A stretch of DNA of 64,000 bases from Kiritimatiellia bacterium. Its GTDB lineage: Bacteria; Verrucomicrobiota; Kiritimatiellia; UBA8416; JABMPJ01. The position numbers and the translations under genes are program-made. How positions within the stretch are numbered: the first letter of the stretch is position 1; each line of letters begins with the position of its first letter. The notes under the pieces were generated by a model, which was not told where the DNA came from, did no database searches, and saw nothing but the letters and a program-made list of their open reading frames with translations. Below, piece after piece: positions 27,156 through 37,202 of this stretch. The stretch spans positions 3,462-67,461 of the forward strand of contig JASLOA010000004.1 in NCBI GenBank assembly GCA_030745755.1. Direction: 5' to 3'.

Positions 27156-30100
27156 ATGAAACGATGTGTATGGCTACTCATGGCGGCTTTGCTTTGGGCC
27201 GGTGTTGCCCAAGCGGAACTGAAGGTAGCAGGGATCCTGGGCGACCACATGGTCTTGCAGCGGCAGGAATCCGTTCCGATTTGGGGAAGCGCCAATCCGG
27301 GCGACGTGGTGACCGTTGAATTCGCGGGGCAGAAGAAAGCCGCCACCTCCGACAAAGCCGGCCGGTGGAAGGTGCAGCTCGACTCGATGAAAGCATCCAG
27401 CAAGGGACGTGCCCTCGTAGTCAGCGACAAGACAACCCGCTTCACTTTGGACGATGTCCTCGTCGGCGAGGTCTGGCTATGCTCGGGCCAATCGAACATG
27501 GACTACGAATTCGCCGGCGGTCGACGTGGCAAGCGAAACCTGCTTGCTGCCTTTGACGCCGAGGCTGACTATCCCACCATTCGACATTTCGCCGTGGCAG
27601 AGAAATCCGCCATCTCGCCGCAGAGCAACCCAGCCAAACCGGCATCCTGGCAAGTCTGCTCTCCGGAGACCGTAGCGAGTTTCTCCGCAGTGGGTTACTT
27701 CTTTGGCCGCATGGTCCACAAAGAAACGGGCGTTCCGGTCGGCCTGATTACCTCGGCCGTGGGCGGAACGAAGATCGACGCGTGGGCCCCAGCGCAAGAG
27801 CTGGCCAAGGTGCCCGGCTGTGAGACTGCGGTCGGTGCGGTGCTCGAGCGTGCAAAGGATGTCGCGGCCGGCACGTTCACGATGGAAGGGGCGATGGATA
27901 AATGGACGGCCAAGTGTGATCCGGGTCTGGGTTGGAAATCCCCGACCTACGATGCATCCGGCTGGAAGACCATGCCCGTCCCTACACGCTGGGGATCGGC
28001 GAAGGACAAGGCGCTGGCAACATTCAAAGGGCTGGTCTGGTTTCGACGCACGGTGACTCTGCCCGTCGATTTCGTCGGGAAGGACCTCGTCGTGAGCGTT
28101 GCCCAGATTGACGACCGCGACGCGACGTTCTTCAATGGGGAACGAATCGGATCCGGCATGAGCTTCAATATACCTCGCCGCTACACGGTTCCGGCGAAGT
28201 GGGTCAAAGCTGGCCCGAACGTCATCGCGGTTCGCGTGTGGAACGGATGGGGCGATGGAGGCATCTGGGGGGAGGCCAAGGACGTGTCGGTCTACCCGAA
28301 AGGTCAGCCCGAGAAAGCAATCTCACTCGCAGGCGACTGGCGGTACAAGGAGAGTCTCCCGGCCGGTCAGGGATGGCCCGCGCCTGTGCGTATGGGAATC
28401 AAGTCGCGAGAGAATATGGCGACGGGACTATATAACGGCATGATCGCCCCGGTGGTTCCCTACGCGATTCGCGGTGCGATTTGGTATCAGGGCGAGTCCA
28501 ACGGAAACGAAGGTCGTTCCTATATGCTCAAGACACGGGCGTTGGTCGAAGGCTGGCGAAGCGCATGGGGCCAAGGCGAATTCCCGTTCTACTATGTGCA
28601 GCTGGCGAACTTCCAGGATCCCGGAACATCTCCCGAAGGCGGCGATGGATGGGCGAAGATTCGGATGGCCCAACTGAAGGCGCTCGACATACAGAACACC
28701 GGGATGGCCGTCGCGATCGAACTCGCCGACGCGGAGAATCCGAAGGATGTTCACCCCGAAAACAAAAAGGACGTCGGCGAACGCCTCGCATTGTGGGCCC
28801 TGGCGAAAGACTATGGCAAGAAGGTCGAATACAGCGGGCCCCTCTACAAGAGCATGACGATCAAGGGCCGCGATGCGATCATTCACTTCGACCATGTGGG
28901 CAGCGGCTTGATGGTGGCCACAAAGGTCGGGATAGAACCGGCGAAAGAAGTCGCCGGCGGAACACTGAAGGAGTTTTCGATTTCCGGTGCCGATGGCCAA
29001 TGGCACCTCGCTGACGCGAAGATCGTCGGCGATACGGTTGTCGTGTCGAGCAAGGACGTCGCCAGACCGGTGGCGGTCCGATATGCCTACACCATGAACC
29101 CCGCGGGCGCGAACTTGTACAACAAAGCAGGCTTGCCTGCATCGCCGTTCACGACCGACGATCACTGGCATGACCCCCCGAAAGAAGAAAAGAGTAGCCC
29201 TGCCGCAGCAGTGACAACCGAGCCGCCCAAGGCAACGCTCTCGCTGGCGCATATGAAACAACTGCAGGCCGGCATCTACGAAGTCCCGAAATCGCACGGC
29301 CTATTGCTGACGCGAATCGCACCGGGCACCTTCATCATGGGCAGCCCGGCCGATGAAGTCGGACGCCAACCCCACGAAACGCAACGATCGATCACGATCA
29401 CCAAAGCATTCTACATGGGCATCGTCGAGGTCACGCAAGCACAGTACCTCAACGCGATGCACCCGGACCACATGGAATTCTGTCAGAACAAAGGGCCCTG
29501 GGGTCACACGCTACCGACGATCTTCAAGGGCGGCCCGTGGGGCGTCGATCGCAGTGCGGGCATCAATGCCGGCCTCGAGAGTGATCACCCGATGGACATG
29601 CTCACCTGGGTCGAAGCCTCGCAATATGCTGCATGGCTGAACAAGCGAGAAGCCGCTGCGGGCCGACTGCCGAAAGGTTATGTCTACCGCCTGCCCACCG
29701 AGGCTGAGTGGGAATACGCCTGCCGCGCCGGAACGAAAGGTCCCTTCGGCACGGCCGGTGAGATCACGGAATTCTTCGGGTTCAGCCCCAGCGACTTCGA
29801 TGGAAACGTGCGGCCCCCCTATGGCCGTCGCAAACCCAACGCGTGGGGCCTGTACGACATGCACGGCTCGCTCTACGAGTGGGTCCAGGACTGGCACGGC
29901 CCCTACGACACGACACAAACCACCGACCCCGCAGGACTATCCGCTGGCAAGGAGAAGATCGTCCGCGGCGGCTCGTATATCTCATACAAAGAGAAAGATG
30001 ACGGCGTCGAAACTACGCCCGCCCAGCGAATGCGGACCATCCGCAGCGCGTCGCGAAACCATTTCCCGCCGGACTACTCCCTACCCATCACCGGAATGCG

Positions 30101-30179
30101 AATCGTTCTGGCGCCGGCACTGACGCCCGCTTCAGTCAATAGTTCAATGAAAAGTAATGGAAACGGGGGAAACGGTTAA
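27156..30179 (+). CDS. Sialate O-acetylesterase (SASA, SGNH) with galactose-binding insert, fused to C-terminal FGE-fold domain
   Basis: GDHMVLQR, GEVWLCSGQSNM, FSAVGYFFG, LYNGMIAP, WYQGESN, DVHPENK; then RLPTEAEWEYACRAG and PNAWGLYDMHG. Confidence 0.9.
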   Translation: MKRCVWLLMAALLWAGVAQAELKVAGILGDHMVLQRQESVPIWGSANPGDVVTVEFAGQKKAATSDKAGRWKVQLDSMKASSKGRALVVSDKTTRFTLDDVLVGEVWLCSGQSNMDYEFAGGRRGKRNLLAAFDAEADYPTIRHFAVAEKSAISPQSNPAKPASWQVCSPETVASFSAVGYFFGRMVHKETGVPVGLITSAVGGTKIDAWAPAQELAKVPGCETAVGAVLERAKDVAAGTFTMEGAMDKWTAKCDPGLGWKSPTYDASGWKTMPVPTRWGSAKDKALATFKGLVWFRRTVTLPVDFVGKDLVVSVAQIDDRDATFFNGERIGSGMSFNIPRRYTVPAKWVKAGPNVIAVRVWNGWGDGGIWGEAKDVSVYPKGQPEKAISLAGDWRYKESLPAGQGWPAPVRMGIKSRENMATGLYNGMIAPVVPYAIRGAIWYQGESNGNEGRSYMLKTRALVEGWRSAWGQGEFPFYYVQLANFQDPGTSPEGGDGWAKIRMAQLKALDIQNTGMAVAIELADAENPKDVHPENKKDVGERLALWALAKDYGKKVEYSGPLYKSMTIKGRDAIIHFDHVGSGLMVATKVGIEPAKEVAGGTLKEFSISGADGQWHLADAKIVGDTVVVSSKDVARPVAVRYAYTMNPAGANLYNKAGLPASPFTTDDHWHDPPKEEKSSPAAAVTTEPPKATLSLAHMKQLQAGIYEVPKSHGLLLTRIAPGTFIMGSPADEVGRQPHETQRSITITKAFYMGIVEVTQAQYLNAMHPDHMEFCQNKGPWGHTLPTIFKGGPWGVDRSAGINAGLESDHPMDMLTWVEASQYAAWLNKREAAAGRLPKGYVYRLPTEAEWEYACRAGTKGPFGTAGEITEFFGFSPSDFDGNVRPPYGRRKPNAWGLYDMHGSLYEWVQDWHGPYDTTQTTDPAGLSAGKEKIVRGGSYISYKEKDDGVETTPAQRMRTIRSASRNHFPPDYSLPITGMRIVLAPALTPASVNSSMKSNGNGGNG

Positions 30180-30292
30180 CGAGAGCGGCGACGAGAAAGG
30201 ATTACGATCCGCCTTCGCCCTGCGGGCTACGGCGCGACAGGGCAGAGATTTTCCCAATCGTCGACCATTCTCGTCGCCGCTATCGTCAACCG
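30173..30292 (+). repeat. ~86-bp palindromic element, copy 2, with nested 33-bp hairpin
   Basis: Arms as in copy 1; insert TCCGCCTTCGCCCTGCGGGCTACGGCGCGACAG at 30208-30240; the element supplies the TAA stop of the upstream gene. Confidence 0.85.
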
Positions 30293-30332
30293 ATCTAGGT
30301 GTTCTCTTAGACTAGGGGACAGGGCAGGGGAG

Positions 30333-30389
30333 CACGCTAAAGCGTGGACTACATACTGGGAAAGTGTATGTAGTACAGGCTTTAGCCTG
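30333..30389. repeat. Inverted doublet of GTAG-type REP sequences (REPIN-like)
   Basis: Reverse complement of 30333-30352 = GTAGTCCACGCTTTAGCGTG; 30370-30389 = GTAGTACAGGCTTTAGCCTG. Confidence 0.75.
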
Positions 30390-30425
30390 ATGCGGATGGA
30401 CAGGTAAAAGAATGAAAACGGGAAA

Positions 30426-30546
30426 CGGTTGAGGAGAACGGCGACCCAGCCTTCGCGCTTCGCGGCTACGGCGGGCAGGCTGAGAGCGGATTACGAGGAG
30501 AGATTCTCTCAATCGTCCGCCATTCTCGTCGCCGCTATCGTCAACC
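30426..30546 (+). repeat. ~86-bp palindromic element, copy 3, with nested ~36-bp hairpin
   Basis: Insert CCAGCCTTCGCGCTTCGCGGCTACGGCGGGCAGGCT at 30446-30481 interrupts the left arm. Confidence 0.85.
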
Positions 30547-30609
30547 AAAATGGACAGGAAAATGGGGGAGAAGACAGATATGCCGCTACCCCCCACACAC
30601 ACAAAGCTA

Positions 30610-33600
30610 ATGAAGTACGCCACACACATCCTTACCGCCTCTGCGATCCTTTCGGGGGCGATTTGCCTGGCGGCCCCGCCGAAGACGGAGTCTCGCTCCG
30701 ATCAGTCCTTCCACGATTTCCATTACGACGCACGCTACCCGGGCTACCGTCGCGGCGACGTAAGCTTGGACAAAGTCACCCAAAAGGGAAACGGCGACCT
30801 GAAGACCTACCACGAACGCCGCGTCGAATGGTGGCCTAAGCGCGGGGTGGACGTGGTCCCACTGGCTGACATCCCCCATGCGCCGCTTCGCACGTGGACG
30901 GTGAAGAAACACCTCCCCCACAACTTCTATGTCGAGAACCTGCCTCGGGGACAATTCAAAGCGCACCTGCTGGGCTTTCGCGGTGTGGGCGACCCGTACC
31001 CGATGGACCCGAAGGACCCCGATTCGTTCCACTGCCCCGCCGTCGTGTTGCGACTGGCCGACGGCCGGAAACGTATCTTCCTCGGCGAGTATTTCACCCC
31101 GGAAGATCGGCAATACATCATCAAGACCTACATGAAAGAGCGCAAGCGGGTGGATGCGACGCTCCTGAAGGAAGAGTACCATGTAACGGCCCGGGATGCA
31201 GAACATCCCGAGGGCGAAAGTCATCTCTACAAACCCGGCAAGGTGCGGTTCGACACGACGCACTTCACCGTCCCAACCGGGTCGCAAAGCCCCACGGATC
31301 GCCCCGCGAGCCACTGGATCAACGTCAAGAAGCAAGACGAAACCCGGGCGATGCGGAACCACTATCTCAGTCAGCTCGAAAGCTTCTGGGCCTACATGGA
31401 GTACGCCGGTTGTCATATGCGATTCTGGAAAGACCCGGTGATGCACAAATACTCCATCCGCATCGGCGGAACGCTGTACGACGGCCATGAGGTCGTGGGC
31501 AGCGAACGCGGGGGCGGCGGAGGAGGCTATAGTGGCTGCACGACAGGCGGCCCGTGGATCGAGATCGTGTTCCATGAGTGGGGACACGGAATGCAGACGG
31601 CGAATATCTTGTCGTTGGGTGGTGGCGAGACCGGCTCGGACGGATGCGCCATCATGGCTGAACCCCATGTCGTCGCCAAAGCGGACCACCAGATGCTCAA
31701 GCCGTGGAAGAACTTCTTTCATGGCGCCTACCCAGGCACGGGCGGATACGAAATGCTCGCCGACGACCCGAACTGGGGATACGCAGTCGTCCCCATCCTG
31801 CTGGGTATGGCCAGCGAGGAAGACCTGACCCCAATGCACGTGATTGCTCACCTGGGCGAAGAACGCGGCATCTGGCCCAAAGGACAAGGGATTCGCGGAA
31901 TGGGCGACCTGATGGGCCAAATCGGTGCACGATTTGCCGAATTTGACGTACAGCAGGAGTACCAATTCCGAGGATGGAACGGCACGGCGAACTTCTCCTA
32001 CCTCGAAGCCGTCGACCCGGCCAAGGGACTCTATCGCTGCCCGCCCTACGAGGCGCCCGAGCCATTCGGTGTACACGCCTCGCGACTCGTAGCCAAGAAG
32101 GACGCGAAAGAGATCAGCGTCGACTTCAAAGGCCAATTTGACCCGGAGACCTATTCCGATTGGCGTGCGTGCATCGTCGCGGTCGGCAAGGACGGCACCT
32201 GCCGGTACTCGCCGCTGTGGAACAAGGGCACGATGACGATGAAAGTTCAGCCGGGCGACCGACGCTACTGGCTAACCGTCACAGCCACCCCAACGGCCCT
32301 GCTGGAATCGGCCGGCACGCTCTACCAAGGTGCGTTTGCGTTCCGGTACCCCTTTGACGTGGTGCTAGAGAATTGCCGACCCGCCCGATCCTTGGGCATC
32401 GTCGCAACGAAAGAACGCGCGTTCCTGCTGGGTCTGTATGACCGTCAGCGTGCACACGACCCGGCGCTGTTCACCAGCGAGGCGGCACGCGAAACATTTA
32501 TGAACTCCCTCAAGCCCAGCGCCGCGATGGCTGAAGCAACGCTCGAAAAGGAAGGGCTCTTGAAGAAGGAGAAACCTGCCGCCCGCGATCACCGACGCAT
32601 GGGTACGCTCCGAAGCCGCATGGAACGCCCAAGTCTGCTGCTGGACGACCGAGGCGGCCATCGCCATCCCAACGGTGGCGGATGGATTTCGTCGACCTCG
32701 TTTGCCGCGCCGACGGCCTACGTCGGCCCGGAGTGCATGGTCCTCGAAGGCGCGAAGGTGCTCGACCATGCCTCACTCGTCAACGGCGCCGTCGCAATAG
32801 GCAAGGGCGCTGTCGTGAAGAATCACGCCCGACTCAGCGGCAAGGGCGCCGCGATAGGCTTGGTCGAAGTGGGCGGATACGCCCGCGTCATTCGCCCGAT
32901 CGCCAACCATATTACAGCCCAGATGGACCCCCTGTCGGTCAAAACCACCGTCGTGCCGGTCGTGCCGATGCGCATCAAAGACCTCTCCGCCGATGGACTC
33001 TTTGCCAACTACGATTGCCGCCGCCCCGAGACCGTCCTGTTCGAGGACTGCCTCAAAGAACGGACGACCGGGCCCTTCTTCCTGGGCCATCACACCGACG
33101 CGAAGGAAATCTTCTTCGACGGCATCCTGGTGAACAAACCGGGCTTCGAAGCATTTGGCCGTGCCGATGGCGCGCTGCTGTTCGACGGAGAAACGCAATA
33201 CGCAGAAGCCGACCCCGCCGTGGCGGACCTCGGCGAGATCACCGTGATCTTGCGGGTACGCCCTGCCACCACGAAAGGCCAACAGGTGCTCTTCGATTTC
33301 GGTAGCGGACCGGGCGACTACTTCCGACTCGCCCTGCACGGCGCCGAACCCGTGCTCGAGTGGAGCGCCGGTGGCAAGAGTGACTCGCTCACGTCAAGCG
33401 TCGCACTTCAAGCGGGCCAGTGGGCCGTCTGTCGCGTGGAGATCAGCGGAACGGCCGCATCTCTCTTCGTAGGCGACAAACAGGTCGCGTCTAAGGCGAC
33501 GACGTTCCGTCCGGCACAGGCCTGTGTCCCGGGGCAAGGGCGTCGCAACTACATCTTCCGATCACGCGATGAGGCGACCCCCGCCTACAGCGCCGGCGCG

Positions 33601-34854
33601 CTCGACTACCTGCGAATCTACTACCTGGCACTGGGTGGCAAGCCCGCACCGGCTACGCCGCTGATCAGCCCGGTCAAGCCCATGGCTGAAATTCTCAAGA
33701 TGGAAGACGAAGAGTTCGGCGACCGAAGCGCACGCGTGCAGGTCTATCAGGATCTGTTCCGCAGTTCGTCGCTGGCCAAGACGATGCGGGACTATAACGA
33801 CCGATTCGAAGCCCGCGCTGTGGAGAATTCGATGGGCCCGACGGCGGAGACCCGAGAGGCGGTAATCGCGTTGCGTGCAAGAATCGAGCAACTCGAAGCC
33901 GACATCGAAACGAAGAGCAAGTCGGTCAAGCGCGAGTACGACGCGAGGAAGAAGCCCGCCGCAAAACCCAAGACAATGGCAAAAAGCGTGCACGAGCGCA
34001 TCGCCGAATTGGAAAAGAAGCGTCACGCGTTGCGTCCTGCGATGAAGGCCGAATCGGCCGCCGCGGAGAAAGCCCACAAGGCTGAGGTGGCTCGCATTGA
34101 GACGACGAAGGAATACGCCGCCTATCAGGCCGCCAAGGCAGAGCGAGACCGACAGCGGGCCCTCGAACGCGAGAGCAGGAAACAGGCCGACGCGATAAGG
34201 GACGAGGTGCGAAAGAGCGTGCTGGAGGCCAATCCGGACCTCGAAGCGAAGGAGGTAGACGCGCGGACCTCCGATCAACTGCTGAAGAACAAGCCCTACA
34301 TCGAAACCGCTGTCCGGGCCGCCTACGCACAGCAGAAAGCACGCGAAAAGCTGCCCGAATTGCCGATTCCAGAGCCCAAACCGACCCCCGCGAAGGCGGA
34401 GTTCGACGCGTTGGGCCGCGAGATCAACCAGTTGAGAGGTCGGTCGCGTAACAGCAGGCCCGAGGCCGGTTTCGAGGCAGTGAAGCGGAAAGCACTCGCC
34501 CCGCTCACCGACGAACTGGGCCAACTCAAGGGCGAACTGACGGCGATGTTGGCCCGCAACTCGCTGGCCGCCCGCCCGGATGAGTATCGCATGCGTGAGG
34601 TGACGAGGTACAAACGGCAACAGATGGTCGGTCGGAACAGTCAGCTATGGTCCAATGCCGCCCAGATCATGGCCGGCCCGGACGCGCCCGACGATCGCAA
34701 GCAGCTCCGCGCTGCCCTGACAGACCAGGGCACCTGGCACACCGAATGCGATTGGGACACGATGAACAAGTGGGAAAAGGATTTTGACAATCTGAACCCG
34801 CGCCTAAAACGCTGGCTGCGTCGAGCGAAACCCTATCGTTATGCCGACAAATAG
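30610..34854 (+). CDS. Giant secreted DUF6055/Svx-like zincin, paralogue of 7302..12284 lacking PA14
   Basis: Signal peptide MKYATHILTASAILSGAICLA; ERRVEWWP, LRTWT, HEWGH (31573-31587), DPNWGY, YSDWRACIVAV, HPNGGGW, LamG, coiled coil. Confidence 0.8.
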   Translation: MKYATHILTASAILSGAICLAAPPKTESRSDQSFHDFHYDARYPGYRRGDVSLDKVTQKGNGDLKTYHERRVEWWPKRGVDVVPLADIPHAPLRTWTVKKHLPHNFYVENLPRGQFKAHLLGFRGVGDPYPMDPKDPDSFHCPAVVLRLADGRKRIFLGEYFTPEDRQYIIKTYMKERKRVDATLLKEEYHVTARDAEHPEGESHLYKPGKVRFDTTHFTVPTGSQSPTDRPASHWINVKKQDETRAMRNHYLSQLESFWAYMEYAGCHMRFWKDPVMHKYSIRIGGTLYDGHEVVGSERGGGGGGYSGCTTGGPWIEIVFHEWGHGMQTANILSLGGGETGSDGCAIMAEPHVVAKADHQMLKPWKNFFHGAYPGTGGYEMLADDPNWGYAVVPILLGMASEEDLTPMHVIAHLGEERGIWPKGQGIRGMGDLMGQIGARFAEFDVQQEYQFRGWNGTANFSYLEAVDPAKGLYRCPPYEAPEPFGVHASRLVAKKDAKEISVDFKGQFDPETYSDWRACIVAVGKDGTCRYSPLWNKGTMTMKVQPGDRRYWLTVTATPTALLESAGTLYQGAFAFRYPFDVVLENCRPARSLGIVATKERAFLLGLYDRQRAHDPALFTSEAARETFMNSLKPSAAMAEATLEKEGLLKKEKPAARDHRRMGTLRSRMERPSLLLDDRGGHRHPNGGGWISSTSFAAPTAYVGPECMVLEGAKVLDHASLVNGAVAIGKGAVVKNHARLSGKGAAIGLVEVGGYARVIRPIANHITAQMDPLSVKTTVVPVVPMRIKDLSADGLFANYDCRRPETVLFEDCLKERTTGPFFLGHHTDAKEIFFDGILVNKPGFEAFGRADGALLFDGETQYAEADPAVADLGEITVILRVRPATTKGQQVLFDFGSGPGDYFRLALHGAEPVLEWSAGGKSDSLTSSVALQAGQWAVCRVEISGTAASLFVGDKQVASKATTFRPAQACVPGQGRRNYIFRSRDEATPAYSAGALDYLRIYYLALGGKPAPATPLISPVKPMAEILKMEDEEFGDRSARVQVYQDLFRSSSLAKTMRDYNDRFEARAVENSMGPTAETREAVIALRARIEQLEADIETKSKSVKREYDARKKPAAKPKTMAKSVHERIAELEKKRHALRPAMKAESAAAEKAHKAEVARIETTKEYAAYQAAKAERDRQRALERESRKQADAIRDEVRKSVLEANPDLEAKEVDARTSDQLLKNKPYIETAVRAAYAQQKAREKLPELPIPEPKPTPAKAEFDALGREINQLRGRSRNSRPEAGFEAVKRKALAPLTDELGQLKGELTAMLARNSLAARPDEYRMREVTRYKRQQMVGRNSQLWSNAAQIMAGPDAPDDRKQLRAALTDQGTWHTECDWDTMNKWEKDFDNLNPRLKRWLRRAKPYRYADK

Positions 34855-34886
34855 ACCCACCCAGAGCAAGCCAACACGGAGTAGTT

Positions 34887-37169
34887 ATGAGTCTTGCGCA
34901 ACGTGATCCATCGTTTCGAGACCGGTTTCTGTCAGGCGATCAGCCGGACGGTGGCGTTGTGCTGTGGTGGCTGAATGGGACACTGACTCGAGAGAAAATA
35001 TATGAGCAGTTGTCCTATTTCAAACACGTGGACGGATTTGGCGGGATCGCGCCGCTGACGCTGTTCAGATTCCGGGGAAAAACCGAGCCGGAGTATTTGT
35101 CCGAGGGGTATTTTGAGTTCTATCAATACATTCTCGACACGGCCCGTGAGCTTGAATTGACGGTGGTCTTCTATGACGATTGCGATTTTCCGACCGGCTC
35201 GGCAGGGGGGAAGATCCGCGAGGAATGTCCGCAGCATTTGATGAAATACCTCTGCCGGAGAACCGCCCGAAACACGACCGAGCAGAAGGGGCTTTCTGAT
35301 TCGATTTCCATCGCGTTTGACGGGAAGTTGATGTCGGCTGTGGCTAGACGGGTGTCCGATAACTCGTATCATGTGGTGACTGACGCGCTGGAGTGCCAGC
35401 CCATCGCGACGGCAGAAGATCAGGTCGAGAGCTATCGCGCAATATGGCGATGTGGCGAAGGTGTCTTGCCGGCGGAGGAAAATCGGCGGTGGGAACTTCA
35501 GGTGTTCTCCGCGCCCATCACGAACAAGACGGGTTTGTGGCTGATCGATTTTCTGTCGCCGGAGGCTGTCGAAGCGATGTTGAGCGCGACCTATGAGCAG
35601 TTCTACCGCCGATTCGGCGAGCACTTTGGTACGACGATCAAGATGAGTTTCTTCGACGATCTCGCGGTGGCCGACGCGCCCGACAACGCGCTGTGGACGG
35701 ACGGGTTCAACGAGAAGTTCGAGGCCCGATATGGCTATGATCCGTCGACGTTGTATCCTGCGTTGTTTGAGGATATTGGCGAGTCGACGCGAGCGGCCCG
35801 GGCGCAGTTGCTGGACTTTCGCAATGACTTGTTTTCGCGGGGGTTCCCCAAGGTGGTTGAGGAATGGGCCCACACGCACGGGATCAAATGTTCGGGCCAT
35901 CCGGGGGGGAGCTATCGGGCGGCTCCGCTGGAAGCAGCCGGCGACGCGATCAAGTTCTACAAGCACCAAGGCTATCCGCTGACCGACTGCATCTGCTCGT
36001 TGGACAACGGGATGGATGGCTTCAAGATACCCGCGGCCGCTACGCACACATACGACAAATCTCTACTCGTATGCGAGACGTTTGGCGCGTTCCTGAATCG
36101 CGAGTGCGACCAGACGACGCCGTATCGAACAGCCATGCAGTTGTACACGCGAGGCGTGAACTATATGCTCCCGCACGGGGCGTGGTATGACATGGACAAT
36201 ATCAACATTTACCCCGAAGTTACGTCGCGTCACCCCGTGTTCGGTGATGAGGTCAAGCCCTTCAACACGTGGGTTTCGCGATGCGAGCCACTCTTGCGGG
36301 CAGGGCGGCACGTTGCAGACATCGCGGTCTATTACCCGATCGACGATCTGTGTTCGCGGTTCACGTTTGCTCCCGGTGCGGACGGCCGCGGGCGATTGCT
36401 CCCGCACGGCACGGATTACTATGAGGTCAACCGGATTCTCTTTGCGGAGCTTCGGCGAGATTTCACCTTCGTCCATCCGGAAGTCCTTATCGACAACACG
36501 ACGGTATCCGATGGCTGGCTTCATCTGAATAACCGCGTCAATCACGAGCATTGGAAGGTGCTGATTTTACCGACGTGCGAGACGATTCAGGTCGAGGCCT
36601 TGCGGAAGATCAAAGCCTTCCATGACGATGGCGGAATTGTGATCGCCACCGGTGCATTGCCGGCGTATTCGTTCGAGCTGGACTGCGATGTGGAAGTCCG
36701 GCAGTTGGCGGAGTCGATATTCGATCCGGCCTTGGGTGGCTGTGGGCGATTTGTTCCCTATGCCACGGAGGAGTCGTTGGCGGCGGAGTTGGATTCGTTG
36801 GATCATGTGTGGGATGTGCGTTGGTCGGACACGACCGAGCTCCCCAAGCGTGATGCCCAGTGGGAGTTGAAGGGGGTGCATGGCGATTGGTACCGCGGTG
36901 GGAATCGTCAGTTCACCTATATTCACCGCCACGTGGATCGGGCGGCGGGCCAGGCTGGAATGGAAGTATACTACTTCGCCAATTCGAGCGATGAGTCCGT
37001 CCGTAGCGAGATCACGCTACGCGGCGAGCATCGGCTGGAAGCGTGGGACCCCAAAACCGTACAGAGTCAACCGCTGCCCGTTGAGACCAGCGATGGCCAA
37101 ACACGATTCACCCTAACCCTCCCGCCAGTCAGTTCCCTATTCGTAGTCTCTCAGCCTGACGAAGAGTGA
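34887..37169 (+). CDS. Glycoside hydrolase family 106-like (alpha-L-rhamnosidase-like), no signal peptide
   Basis: WWLNGTLT, YLSEGYF, FYDDCDFPTGSAGG, DFLSPEAV..TYEQFY, CETFG, GVN..PHG, HVADIAVYYP, YFANS, EAWDP. Confidence 0.75.
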   Translation: MSLAQRDPSFRDRFLSGDQPDGGVVLWWLNGTLTREKIYEQLSYFKHVDGFGGIAPLTLFRFRGKTEPEYLSEGYFEFYQYILDTARELELTVVFYDDCDFPTGSAGGKIREECPQHLMKYLCRRTARNTTEQKGLSDSISIAFDGKLMSAVARRVSDNSYHVVTDALECQPIATAEDQVESYRAIWRCGEGVLPAEENRRWELQVFSAPITNKTGLWLIDFLSPEAVEAMLSATYEQFYRRFGEHFGTTIKMSFFDDLAVADAPDNALWTDGFNEKFEARYGYDPSTLYPALFEDIGESTRAARAQLLDFRNDLFSRGFPKVVEEWAHTHGIKCSGHPGGSYRAAPLEAAGDAIKFYKHQGYPLTDCICSLDNGMDGFKIPAAATHTYDKSLLVCETFGAFLNRECDQTTPYRTAMQLYTRGVNYMLPHGAWYDMDNINIYPEVTSRHPVFGDEVKPFNTWVSRCEPLLRAGRHVADIAVYYPIDDLCSRFTFAPGADGRGRLLPHGTDYYEVNRILFAELRRDFTFVHPEVLIDNTTVSDGWLHLNNRVNHEHWKVLILPTCETIQVEALRKIKAFHDDGGIVIATGALPAYSFELDCDVEVRQLAESIFDPALGGCGRFVPYATEESLAAELDSLDHVWDVRWSDTTELPKRDAQWELKGVHGDWYRGGNRQFTYIHRHVDRAAGQAGMEVYYFANSSDESVRSEITLRGEHRLEAWDPKTVQSQPLPVETSDGQTRFTLTLPPVSSLFVVSQPDEE

Positions 37170-37202
37170 CGCCCTCTGTTCGGGCGAAAGCCGGCACAAC
37201 GG

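Noticed and set aside
12421-30179. Diversity-generating retroelement targeting the FGE/CLec-fold C-termini
   Set aside because: No reverse transcriptase and no adenine-variant template repeat of either 3' end was seen in the window.
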